From Oscillospiraceae bacterium (GTDB lineage Bacteria > Bacillota > Clostridia > Oscillospirales > Oscillospiraceae): DNA of 27,816 nucleotides. Position numbers and translations under genes: made by a program. Where the stretch lies: positions 1 through 27,816 of the forward strand of contig JAFVWG010000234.1 in the NCBI GenBank assembly GCA_017501805.1, given 5' to 3'. Of this stretch, positions 11,514-20,441 are shown one piece after another; within the stretch, counting starts at the first letter, position 1, and each line of letters starts with the position of its first letter. Under the pieces are notes generated by a model. It did not search any database and was not told the DNA's origin. It was given only the letters and a program-made list of their open reading frames with translations.

Positions 11514-11852
11514 ATGTCCGATTGTCTGTTTTGTAAGATCGCCGCGGGCGAGATCCCCTCGAAGAAGGTCTACGAGGACGAAACCGTTTTCGCCTTCTAC
11601 GATATCGACCCGCAGGCGCCCACCCACTTCCTTGTGATTCCCAAGGCGCACATTGCCTCCTGCGGCGCGGTCACGGAGGAAAACTCCGCCGTCGTGGCGC
11701 ACTGCTTCGAGGTCATCTCCAAGGTGACCAAGGATCTCGGCATCACCGATTTCCGTGTGGTCTCCAACTGCGGCAAGCAGGCGCAGCAGAGCGTCTTCCA
11801 CCTGCACTTCCACGTACTTGCAGGCCGCGATATGACCTGGCCCCCGGGCTGA
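11514..11852 (+). CDS. Histidine triad (HIT/HinT) nucleotide-binding protein
   Basis: DCLFCKI N-terminus, PQAPTHFLVIPK, HLHFH triad; ATG at 11514 after AAAGGAG. Confidence 0.93.
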   Translation: MSDCLFCKIAAGEIPSKKVYEDETVFAFYDIDPQAPTHFLVIPKAHIASCGAVTEENSAVVAHCFEVISKVTKDLGITDFRVVSNCGKQAQQSVFHLHFHVLAGRDMTWPPG

Positions 11853-11867
11853 TCCCCAATCGCATAT

Positions 11868-11902
11868 AAAAAAGCACGTTACCTTTCGGTAACGTGCTTT
11901 TT
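11868..11902. terminator. Bidirectional intrinsic terminator between convergent HIT and pckA
   Basis: AAAAAA-GCACGTTACC-TTTC-GGTAACGTGC-TTTTT. Confidence 0.88.
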
Positions 11903-11945
11903 CTTGTTTTCCGAGAAATTCTCCGATCAGGCGATCAGATATTTC

Positions 11946-13553
11946 TTACTCGCACTTGGGGCCTGCGGCGACCAGAGCCTTGCCGGCTTCGTTTCCGGTA
12001 TACTTGTCAAAGTTCTTGACAAAGCGGGAAGCGAGATCCTTCGCCTTGGTATCCCACACAGACGCATCAGCGTAGGTGTCGCGCGGATCGAGGATGCCGC
12101 TGTCAACGCCGGGAAGAGCCGTGGGAACTTCGAGGTTGAAGTACGGGATGGTCTTGGTGTCGGCCTTCAGGATGGAGCCGTCGAGGATCGCATCGATGAT
12201 GCCGCGGGTGTCCTTGATGGAGATACGCTTGCCGGTGCCGTTCCAGCCGGTGTTGACGAGGTACGCCTTCGCGCCGCTCTTTTCCATCTTCTTGACCAGT
12301 TCCTCGGCATACTTGGTCGGATGCAGTTCCAGGAACGCCTGACCGAAGCAAGCGGAGAAGGTCGGGGTGGGCTCGGTGATGCCGCGCTCGGTACCTGCGA
12401 GCTTGGAGGTGAAACCGGACAGGAAGTAGTACTGAGCCTGCTCGGGCGAGAGGATCGAGACCGGAGGCAGAACGCCGAAAGCGTCAGCGGAGAGGAAGAT
12501 GACGTTCTTCGCATCGGGAGCGGCGGAAACCGGGCGAACGATCTTCTCGATGTGGTCGATCGGGTAGGAAACGCGGGTGTTCTCGGTCACGGAACCGTCG
12601 GCAAAGTCGCAGACGCCGTTCGCGTCAACCGTAACGTTCTCGAGCAGAGCGTTGCGCTTGATGGCAGCGTAGATATCGGGTTCGGACTCCTTGTCGAGGT
12701 TGATGACCTTCGCGTAGCAGCCGCCCTCGAAGTTGAAGACGCCCTTATCGTCCCAGCCATGCTCGTCGTCGCCGATCAGCAGGCGCTTCGGGTCGGTGGA
12801 GAGGGTGGTCTTGCCGGTGCCGGACAGGCCGAAGAACAGGGCGGTGTTTTCGCCGTTCATATCGGTGTTGGCGGAGCAGTGCATGGAAGCCATGCCGTTG
12901 AGCGGCAGGTAGTAGTTCATCATGGAGAACATACCCTTCTTCATTTCGCCGCCGTACCAGGTGTTGAGGATGACCTGCTCACGGGAGGTGATGTTGAAGA
13001 CGGAAGCAGTCTCGCTGTTCAGGCCGAGTTCCTTATAGTTCTCAACCTTTGCCTTGGAAGCGTTGTAGCAGATGAAGTCAGGCTCAAAGTTTTCCAGCTC
13101 TTCGGCGGTGGGGTTGATGAACATATTCTTGACGAAATGCGCCTGCCATGCCACTTCCATGATGAAGCGGATCGCCATTCTGGAGTCGGCGTTCGCGCCG
13201 CAGAACACGTCGACAACGTACAGCTTCTTGTTGGACAGCTGTTTGACAGCGAGATCCTTCAGGGCTGCCCAGGTCTCTTCGCTGCAGGGATGGTTGTCGT
13301 TCTTGAACTCGTCGGAGGTCCACCACACGGTGTCCTTGGAGTTGGCGTCCATAACGATGAACTTGTCTTTGGGGGAACGGCCGGTGTAGATGCCGGTCAT
13401 AACGTTAACGGCGCCGAGCTCGGTGACCTGGCCCTTTTCGTAGCCTTCCAGAGAAGCATCGGTTTCGGCAACAAACAGTTCCTCGTAAGAGGGGTTGCGA
13501 ATGATTTCCTTCACGCCGTTGATGCCATACTTGGTCAAATCAATGTTCTTCAT
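11946..13553 (-). CDS. pckA: Phosphoenolpyruvate carboxykinase (ATP)
   Basis: [58 protein letters not shown]. Start ATG at 13553 (AAAGGTG RBS). Confidence 0.97.
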   Translation of the reverse strand: MKNIDLTKYGINGVKEIIRNPSYEELFVAETDASLEGYEKGQVTELGAVNVMTGIYTGRSPKDKFIVMDANSKDTVWWTSDEFKNDNHPCSEETWAALKDLAVKQLSNKKLYVVDVFCGANADSRMAIRFIMEVAWQAHFVKNMFINPTAEELENFEPDFICYNASKAKVENYKELGLNSETASVFNITSREQVILNTWYGGEMKKGMFSMMNYYLPLNGMASMHCSANTDMNGENTALFFGLSGTGKTTLSTDPKRLLIGDDEHGWDDKGVFNFEGGCYAKVINLDKESEPDIYAAIKRNALLENVTVDANGVCDFADGSVTENTRVSYPIDHIEKIVRPVSAAPDAKNVIFLSADAFGVLPPVSILSPEQAQYYFLSGFTSKLAGTERGITEPTPTFSACFGQAFLELHPTKYAEELVKKMEKSGAKAYLVNTGWNGTGKRISIKDTRGIIDAILDGSILKADTKTIPYFNLEVPTALPGVDSGILDPRDTYADASVWDTKAKDLASRFVKNFDKYTGNEAGKALVAAGPKCE

Positions 13554-13579
13554 AGTTTTCACCTTTCTTCATTTAAAAA

Positions 13580-14839
13580 TTAAAACAAAATAATCAAAAA
13601 CTGGGAAACTAACACAACTGCAATGAGTGCGACCGGGTATGTGGCAGCGTACGCAGCCGCTACATCCTCCGTACCCGCAACACCGATCAAAGTACCCAGA
13701 GCAGGGGTTGACGTCATACCCCCGGTGAGAGAACCGAGGTTGTTGAGAAGGCTCAGCTTCAAAACATATTTCGCAAACAGGAAGCCGACGATCATCGGAA
13801 CAACGGTCATCACAACGCCGTAAACGAAATACATCGGGTCAAAGTTGGCGATGAATTCCGCACCGCCGGGGATGCCCGCGCCGACAAGGAACAGCACCAG
13901 ACCCAGTTCGCGGAAGAGCTTCAGCGTGCTCTGCGCCGGCATAATGCTGACAGGTCCGATCTTGCCGAAATGTCCCAAAACAAGGCTCATCAGCAGGCAG
14001 CCGCCGGTCGCGGTCAGCGAGAAGCAGGTGCCGGAAAGTCCGTTTGCGGTCAGCGGGATCTTGATATTGCCGACCAGCACGCCCAGAATGGCAGCCAGCG
14101 CAAATCCGGCAACGCCCATATGGTCGATCTCGAAGAGCTTTTTGCTGCTCTTTTTCTCTTCCTTCTCGGACTTCACGATCAGTTTTGCACGCTCTTCATC
14201 CATATTGGCTTTCACAAGCTTCGGGATGAGCTGCACGAAAAGCACAACGCCCACAACACCGAAGATGTAGGAAATGCCGTGACCGACCGATACCAGCCCC
14301 TCATACGAGGGATCGACCGTAGCCTTTGCGGCGGAGAACGCGGGCGTCGAGGTCAGAGAGCCGGAAAGCAGACCGACGATCATCGCCACAAAGCCGTCCT
14401 GATCCGTGATCGTTGCGCCGTAGCCGAACACTTCGCCGGCATAGATGCAGGCAGCTGCGGAAAGTCCGCCCGCAAGAATGATGATCAGTCCGAGCAGAAC
14501 ATAGGACTTAAAATTCCTTTTGAAGTTGCCGAAGAATTTCGGACCTGCGATGTAACCGACAGAGGTAACAAACAAAACAAGTCCCAGACCTTCGATCAGT
14601 TTCATAGCCGTTTTGTAGTCGTACGGCTTTGCCGATGCGCTGAATACCAGTCCGTCGGGGGTCACGCTGAAGCACAGCGCGCCGACGAGCAGAGCGATGA
14701 TGAACACGCCCGCATCACCGAGCGAGACACCCTTCACGGTGATCCTGCCCAATGCATAGCCGAAAAGCAGAACGCCGAACACCACAAAAAGCAGCGTGTA
14801 GATGTCGTTAATGGAGATGACTCCGTCAAAAAACTTCAT
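13580..14839 (-). CDS. AspT/YidE/YbjL-family antiporter/exporter lacking TrkA-C domains; candidate succinate/dicarboxylate transporter
   Basis: Duplicated membrane module with GSLTSTPA and GGMTSTPALG motifs, FRELGLVLFL, YAATYP; only a short charged linker between the halves. The substrate is inferred from context. Confidence 0.8.
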   Translation of the reverse strand: MKFFDGVISINDIYTLLFVVFGVLLFGYALGRITVKGVSLGDAGVFIIALLVGALCFSVTPDGLVFSASAKPYDYKTAMKLIEGLGLVLFVTSVGYIAGPKFFGNFKRNFKSYVLLGLIIILAGGLSAAACIYAGEVFGYGATITDQDGFVAMIVGLLSGSLTSTPAFSAAKATVDPSYEGLVSVGHGISYIFGVVGVVLFVQLIPKLVKANMDEERAKLIVKSEKEEKKSSKKLFEIDHMGVAGFALAAILGVLVGNIKIPLTANGLSGTCFSLTATGGCLLMSLVLGHFGKIGPVSIMPAQSTLKLFRELGLVLFLVGAGIPGGAEFIANFDPMYFVYGVVMTVVPMIVGFLFAKYVLKLSLLNNLGSLTGGMTSTPALGTLIGVAGTEDVAAAYAATYPVALIAVVLVSQFLIILF

Positions 14840-14852
14840 TGCGCTTCCCCCC

Positions 14853-16472
14853 TTAGAAATCCTTCTGCTTGGTGTAGTTGGGGATCAGCTTGGGAGAGAC
14901 TTTATCGGTCTTGATGCCCGCATCGGCCATTTCCTTCTTGAAGCTTTCCACGTGGTCGAGATTCAGCTTGTCGCTTGCAGTCGTATTCTTGGCAACGGCG
15001 GCGGCATGCACGCCGGCATTGCGTCCGAAGACGATGATATCCAGCAGGGAGTTGCCCATCAGACGGTTTTCGCCGTGGATACCGCCGACGGCCTCACCGG
15101 CAACGAAGAGATTTTCAACATCGGACATACCGTTGTCGGCGATCTTGATGCCGCCGTTCTGATAGTGGAGCGTGGGATAGATCAGGATCGGCTGCTTGCG
15201 CATATCGATGCCGTATTTCAGATACATACGCATCATCGCGGGAATTCTCTTTTCGATCGTTCCATCGCCGTGGATCATATCGATCATCGGAGAGTCGAGC
15301 CAGACGCCCTGACCGCCGTTGAAGGTGTCCACGCCCTTGCCGCGGCGGCACTCTCTGATAACAGAGGAAGCGCAGACGTCACGCGTCTCGAGCGGATACA
15401 TAAAGGCTTCGCCGTCGGCATTGATGAGCTGTGCGCCGATGGAGCGCACCTTCTCGGTGACCAGCGCGCCGAAGATCTGCGAGGGATACGCCGCGCCCGT
15501 GGGGTGATACTGCAGGGTGTAGGCATACAGGAGCGGTGCGCCCGCGCGATATGCCATAACCAGTCCGTCCGCCGTAGCGCCGTAGTGGTTGGAGGTCGGG
15601 AAGCCCTGGTAGTGCATACGACCCGCACCGCCGGTGGCGATGATCACGGTTTTGGCGCGTGCCACGAGGATCTCTTTCGTCTCCATATTCATCAGGACCG
15701 CACCGGCAGCCTTGCCGTTTTCGTCCTTGATGATCTCGATCGCGGAAATGAAATCCACAACGGGGATCTGACGGTTCTGCACCTCATCGCGCAAAACACG
15801 CATAATTTCCGCACCGGAGTAGTCCTTGCAGGCGTGCATACGCTTTCTGGAAGTGCCGCCGCCGTGGGTGGTCACCATCGTGCCGTCGGCTTCCTTGTCG
15901 AACATAACGCCGAGGTCGTTGAGCCACTTGATGCAGACAGGCGCATCGTTTACGAGCTTGTAAACCAGCTCGGGGACATTCTTGAAGTGTCCGCCGCCCA
16001 TAACGTCAAGATAGTGCTGCGCGGGGCTGTCATTGGGCTTGTCGGCAGCCTGAATGCCGCCTTCCGCCATCATCGTGTTGGCATCGCCGTGGCGAAGCTT
16101 GGTGACGATCATAACATTCGCGCCGTTTTCGTGCGCCATAATGGCAGCTGCAGAGCCTGCGCCGCCGCCGCCGATCACGAGCACATCGACGTCGTAATCG
16201 AACTTGGTCAGGTCGATATCCTTCGGGTCGATACGGGGATTTGCCTGCAGGGTCTCAGCCAGCTCCAGCGGCACCTTTTCGCCCTTGTTCGGACCGATTT
16301 TCAGCTCGGCGAACTGGGACTTGATATGGTCGGGATGGTTCTCCAGCAGAACCTGATCCTTTTCCTCGGCAGTCATACGTCTGGGATGGTTGCCGGCAAG
16401 AACCTGCTTGAGGCGTTCTTCGCGGGTGGCCTCTACCTTTTTAATGGATTCGAGTTGTTCTTTTGTATACAT
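14853..16472 (-). CDS. Soluble fumarate reductase flavoprotein subunit (FrdA/SdhA/TfrA family)
   Basis: GGGGAG Rossmann motif, TMMAEGG, QYHPT, ETRD, PTLHY and NRLMGNSL match the His/Arg dicarboxylate-site motifs of FrdA. Confidence 0.85.
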   Translation of the reverse strand: MYTKEQLESIKKVEATREERLKQVLAGNHPRRMTAEEKDQVLLENHPDHIKSQFAELKIGPNKGEKVPLELAETLQANPRIDPKDIDLTKFDYDVDVLVIGGGGAGSAAAIMAHENGANVMIVTKLRHGDANTMMAEGGIQAADKPNDSPAQHYLDVMGGGHFKNVPELVYKLVNDAPVCIKWLNDLGVMFDKEADGTMVTTHGGGTSRKRMHACKDYSGAEIMRVLRDEVQNRQIPVVDFISAIEIIKDENGKAAGAVLMNMETKEILVARAKTVIIATGGAGRMHYQGFPTSNHYGATADGLVMAYRAGAPLLYAYTLQYHPTGAAYPSQIFGALVTEKVRSIGAQLINADGEAFMYPLETRDVCASSVIRECRRGKGVDTFNGGQGVWLDSPMIDMIHGDGTIEKRIPAMMRMYLKYGIDMRKQPILIYPTLHYQNGGIKIADNGMSDVENLFVAGEAVGGIHGENRLMGNSLLDIIVFGRNAGVHAAAVAKNTTASDKLNLDHVESFKKEMADAGIKTDKVSPKLIPNYTKQKDF

Positions 16473-16486
16473 AGCACCGCACCCCC

Positions 16487-17161
16487 TTATTTCTCAAAAT
16501 CACGGTTGTTATACATTTCCTTCAGCTCTTCCGCAGTCTTTTTCATAATATCCTGCAGATCGGCTTCGCAGCCGCCGTTCTCGATCTCGGCGACACGATC
16601 CAGAAGATGCCGGGTCTCGGGCGCGAGATACTTGCCGTTGATGCGTCTTGCCAGAAGGCCCACCTGCGGATGGGTAATGCCGGCGGGGCAGCGGGCGGAG
16701 CAAATGCCGCACATCACGCAGTCAAAGGACTCCTCGGCGCACTTTTCAAAGTCGCCTCTCTGCGCGTAGGCAATGTACTGCATAACATTCAGTTCCTGCG
16801 GGCAGGCCTTGGTGCAGGCGTTGCAGCCGATGCAGGCGTAAATCTCGGGATACAGCTGCATCATGATCTGCTCGGTGGGCTTCACGTTCTCGAGCTCATA
16901 GGGCTGCTTCACCAGCGGGAAGAACGGAAGCGTGGCAATATACATATTGTCCTCGACCTTGGTCTGGCATGCAAGGCAGGTCTTGAGCTCCTGCTGACCC
17001 TTGATCCGGTATATTGTAGCACACGCACCGCAGAATCCGCAACGGCAGCCGACACCGCGAACGAGCTGGTAACCGGCATATTCCATAGCATTCATGATCG
17101 TAAGGCTCTCGGGGACCTCATACTTTTTGCCGTAAAGGTAAATGTTCACCATTTTTTCCAT
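16487..17161 (-). CDS. Fumarate reductase Fe-S subunit (FrdB/TfrB N-terminal-like)
   Basis: [2Fe-2S] CRCGFCGAC...CLAC plus two CxxCxxCxxxCP motifs (CIGCNACTKACP, CVMCGICSARCP); adjacent to the flavoprotein. Confidence 0.82.
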   Translation of the reverse strand: MEKMVNIYLYGKKYEVPESLTIMNAMEYAGYQLVRGVGCRCGFCGACATIYRIKGQQELKTCLACQTKVEDNMYIATLPFFPLVKQPYELENVKPTEQIMMQLYPEIYACIGCNACTKACPQELNVMQYIAYAQRGDFEKCAEESFDCVMCGICSARCPAGITHPQVGLLARRINGKYLAPETRHLLDRVAEIENGGCEADLQDIMKKTAEELKEMYNNRDFEK

Positions 17162-17173
17162 ACTAACATCTCC

Positions 17174-18007
17174 TTAATACTCACTGGGCAGTTCGTCCAG
17201 TTCATCGCAGCGGAATACAGGACCGTCCTTGCAAACGTATTTGGAGCCCACGTTGCAGCGTCCGCATTTGCCCACGCCGCACTTCATACGAAGCTCCAGC
17301 GTCGTGTACACGTTGGTCTTGTCGAAGCCGATCGCGCACAGACCTTCCAGTGTGAACTTGATCATAATGGGAGGACCGCACAGGACTGCGACTTTATTGG
17401 TGTCGAAGCCGAGTTCCTTCACATAGTTGGGAACAAAGCCGACATGTCCGTCCCAGCCCTCCTGCGGGTTATCGATGGTCAGATGTACATTGACACCGCT
17501 ATCGGTGGACCATTCGCTTATGATCTCCTGATAATCCAGCAGATCGTCCTTGCTGCGGGAGCCGTATACGATATCGATCTTACCGTAACGGTCGCGGTAA
17601 TGGCGGCAGTAGTTGATGACCGAGCGAAGCGGGGCCAGACCGACGCCGCCGGCGATGAAGAGCAGGTCTTTTCCCGCGAACACATCGTCCACGGGGAAGG
17701 GATTGCCGTAAGGGCCGCGGATGGTGATCTGCTGACCGACCTCCGCCTGATGCAGCCATTCGGTCACGCAGCCGCATTTTTTAATGGAAAACTCCATAAA
17801 TTCCGTGTTCGTGGGCGACGAGGTGATGGAAAACATCGCTTCGCCGACGCCCGGAATGGACAGCATCGCGCACTGACCGGGCATATGGTCGAAGGCCTTT
17901 TTGCCGTCGGGCGTCACCACGCGGAACGTTTTGATGTCGGGCGTATCGATACGCACATCGGTAATGACGGCGATCTTCGGAATTAAAGTATCGTTCACGT
18001 TATTCAC
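17174..18007 (-). CDS. flxA: FlxA-like FAD/NAD(P)H-binding [2Fe-2S] subunit (AsrB/HydG family)
   Basis: PGQCAML, FSITS, RGPYGN, AGGVGLAP, CGPPIM, MKCGVGKCGRC...VCKDGP. GTG start at 18007 or 17998. Confidence 0.82.
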   Translation of the reverse strand: MNNVNDTLIPKIAVITDVRIDTPDIKTFRVVTPDGKKAFDHMPGQCAMLSIPGVGEAMFSITSSPTNTEFMEFSIKKCGCVTEWLHQAEVGQQITIRGPYGNPFPVDDVFAGKDLLFIAGGVGLAPLRSVINYCRHYRDRYGKIDIVYGSRSKDDLLDYQEIISEWSTDSGVNVHLTIDNPQEGWDGHVGFVPNYVKELGFDTNKVAVLCGPPIMIKFTLEGLCAIGFDKTNVYTTLELRMKCGVGKCGRCNVGSKYVCKDGPVFRCDELDELPSEY

Positions 18008-19028
18008 CTTTATTCCCTCCGATCTTTTTCATCACTTTCACGATATTCATCGAAATGGGGCATTTGGCAAGGCAGCGTCCGCAGCCCACACAGCTGAACA
18101 GTCCCTCATTGTTTTCGGGATAATACACCAGCTTGTGCATAAAACGCTGACGGAAGCGCTCCTTTTGGGTCAGGCGGTTATTGCCGTGCGCCATTTTCGT
18201 GAACTCGGAATACATGCAGGAGTCCCAGCAGCGGAAGCGGACAACGCCGTTTCCGGTGTTGAAGTCCTTGATGTCGTAGCACTGGCAGGTCGGGCACACG
18301 AAGGTGCAGGTGCCGCAGCCGAGGCAGGCGGAAGACAGCTCTTCCCACGCGGGATGGTCAAACAATTCGTTTGTTTTTCCGCCGCCGAAGCCGTCGGTCG
18401 TGAGGTCCCTCAGGGGAAGCTTTGCCATCACGGCGGCGATCTTTTCCTTCTGCTCCGCAACTGCCGAAGCATCGCCCGGCTCGGTCAGCGCCGAGAGGGT
18501 CTCGAGAAGCGCAGCACCCTTTTCGGTGTTGGCTTCGAAGAAGATCTCCGTTTCGGTCTTCCACGCGGAGATATCTCCCGCCGGAGCGGCGGGATCGATG
18601 CCGAAGGTCTTGCAGAAGCAGGTCTCGACAGGTCTTGTACAAGCAAGTGACACAATGACGCCGTGCTTTCTTCTGTTCGCGTAAAAGCTGTCCACAGGCT
18701 CCGTCAGGAACACGCGGTCAAGCACATCGAAGCTTCTGACGTCGCAGGCGCGAACGCCGAAAACCACGAAATCCTCCGCCTCGGAGCGGATGTCTTCCAC
18801 CTCGATGTTTTTTCCCTCGGTCTTGAACTTCATCAGATCCTCCGTCTGGGGGAAGAAGAAATCCTTGGGGCTGCGGACGGTGTTCAGAGTCTTGCTCCAA
18901 ACCGTGCCTTCGGACCATTTTTTATACGCTGCGCTGCCGTCGGTCTGGTCGACAGGGAGATACAGGGCAGCATTCTTTGCAATTTCAGCAAACAGTGCGT
19001 CGATTTTATCCAAAGAACATTTACGCAT
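18000..19028 (-). CDS. flxB: FlxB-like 4Fe-4S protein (AsrA/HydB family)
   Basis: FGVRACD, CLGCGTCTFVCPTCQC, RCWDSC, RFRQRFMHK, CVGCGRCLAKCP. Confidence 0.8.
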   Translation of the reverse strand: MRKCSLDKIDALFAEIAKNAALYLPVDQTDGSAAYKKWSEGTVWSKTLNTVRSPKDFFFPQTEDLMKFKTEGKNIEVEDIRSEAEDFVVFGVRACDVRSFDVLDRVFLTEPVDSFYANRRKHGVIVSLACTRPVETCFCKTFGIDPAAPAGDISAWKTETEIFFEANTEKGAALLETLSALTEPGDASAVAEQKEKIAAVMAKLPLRDLTTDGFGGGKTNELFDHPAWEELSSACLGCGTCTFVCPTCQCYDIKDFNTGNGVVRFRCWDSCMYSEFTKMAHGNNRLTQKERFRQRFMHKLVYYPENNEGLFSCVGCGRCLAKCPISMNIVKVMKKIGGNKGE

Positions 19029-20019
19029 TGCGATCCCCCCTATCCAAGACTTCGCCCGGCTCCGGATCTTCGGTGGTGTAGTTCACCAGCGGTGCGCGGG
19101 AATCGACCTCGGCGCCTGCCTGATATTCGCCGTAAAATTCGTTCATATCCTTGATGAATTTACGGTTCAGCAGATGCAGCGGGATGTTCTGCGGGCAGAC
19201 TCGCGAGCATTCGCCGCAGTCGGTGCAGCGACCGGCAACGTGGTACGCGCGGATGATGTGGAACAGTTTCTCCTCGAATTCGTTCGCGGGAGATTTGTTT
19301 TCCACGCCGGATTTCGGATTGTCGAACACGCACTTTTCGCAGGTGCAGGCGGGGCATGCATCGCGGCAGGCGTTGCAGCGGATGCAGCGGGAAAGCTCGT
19401 TCTGCCAGAAGGCGTATCGCTCATCTGCGGTCATCGCCTCGATGCGCTCCACCTCGTCGAAACGGTTCGAGTCCAGAACATCGCCGTCTTCGCCCATCAG
19501 TTCATCGTAGGCCACGTGCTTTTTGCTCTTGCAATTCACGCAGCGCTCGGCGAGAACCTCTTTGGTTTCCACCGCAACGGGGGCATCATCGTACAGGGTG
19601 GAAACAAGCAGCTTGTCGCCGTCCGCTTTGATCGAAGCAATGCCGTCACCGCTGACCGCCTTGACCTTGGCAATATCCACCATACCCTCGCAGGGAATGC
19701 CGACGGCATATACCTTCTCGCGGTCGAAGCGATGCTCGGTCAGGAGCTGATTGAAACTGTAGGTGTCGCAAGGCTTCAAAAACACGAGGATCTTCCCCTC
19801 TGCCTTTGCCGCTTTGGAGACAAGATATTTCGAGAAGTTCGCACCGCAGAAATCATGGAACACAAAGCCGTCATTCAGTTCCTCGGCGGACTCGAAAACA
19901 GTAGGCGTAACATCGTAGTCAAACTCACCCTTGCCCCAGCCCAGAACCAGACTGACAGTTCCGTTGGAAAGGAGTTCCGATGCTTTTGCGATCAGCTGCT
20001 CACGCGTTACTTTTTGCAT
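19021..20019 (-). CDS. flxC: FlxC-like 4Fe-4S protein
   Basis: LKPCD, CIRCNACRDACPACTCEKC, HVAGRCTDCGECSRVCP; lies between the mvhD-like and asrA-like genes as in flxDCBA. Confidence 0.78.
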   Translation of the reverse strand: MQKVTREQLIAKASELLSNGTVSLVLGWGKGEFDYDVTPTVFESAEELNDGFVFHDFCGANFSKYLVSKAAKAEGKILVFLKPCDTYSFNQLLTEHRFDREKVYAVGIPCEGMVDIAKVKAVSGDGIASIKADGDKLLVSTLYDDAPVAVETKEVLAERCVNCKSKKHVAYDELMGEDGDVLDSNRFDEVERIEAMTADERYAFWQNELSRCIRCNACRDACPACTCEKCVFDNPKSGVENKSPANEFEEKLFHIIRAYHVAGRCTDCGECSRVCPQNIPLHLLNRKFIKDMNEFYGEYQAGAEVDSRAPLVNYTTEDPEPGEVLDRGDRNA

Positions 20020-20441
20020 CTCAGATCCTCCAATCTCTTGTTTTCACCCAGTGCAGCCACCGTCTGAACGAAATCGTTCATCGTGGCGGCAAACTTTGCG
20101 CCTTCTGCGGCGGAGACCCATTCCACGCGGGTGCGTTCCTTCTCAATGCCGAGGAAGTCCAGCATGGAGAACAGCGCCGCCATGCGACGACGGGTGTAAT
20201 AGTTGCCCGACGTATAGTGGCAGTCGCCGGGATGGCAGCCGCAGAGGATCACGCCGTCGGCTCCGCGCTGGAACGCACGCAGAATAAACATGGGGTTCAC
20301 GCGGCAGGAGCACGGAACGCGAATAATTTTTACATCGGCAGGATAGGCCAGACGGTTGTTGCCCGCGAGGTCAGCACCTGCGTAAGAGCACCAGTTGCAG
20401 CAAAACGCAACGATGAGCGGCTTATATTCTTTTACTTGCAT
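20007..20441 (-). CDS. flxD: MvhD/FlxD [2Fe-2S] adaptor subunit
   Basis: AFCCNWCSYAGAD, RVPCSCRV, GADGV..CGCHPGDCHY, WVSAAEG. Confidence 0.92.
   Translation of the reverse strand: MQVKEYKPLIVAFCCNWCSYAGADLAGNNRLAYPADVKIIRVPCSCRVNPMFILRAFQRGADGVILCGCHPGDCHYTSGNYYTRRRMAALFSMLDFLGIEKERTRVEWVSAAEGAKFAATMNDFVQTVAALGENKRLEDLRCKK

Noticed and set aside
14853-16472. L-aspartate oxidase (nadB)
   Set aside because: No nadA or nadC nearby, and it is paired with an FrdB-like Fe-S subunit and fumC. Not formally excluded without an assay.
17174-19028. Anaerobic sulfite reductase asrAB or sulfhydrogenase
   Set aside because: No siroheme AsrC and no NiFe large subunit; the position after hdrA-mvhD fits flxBA.
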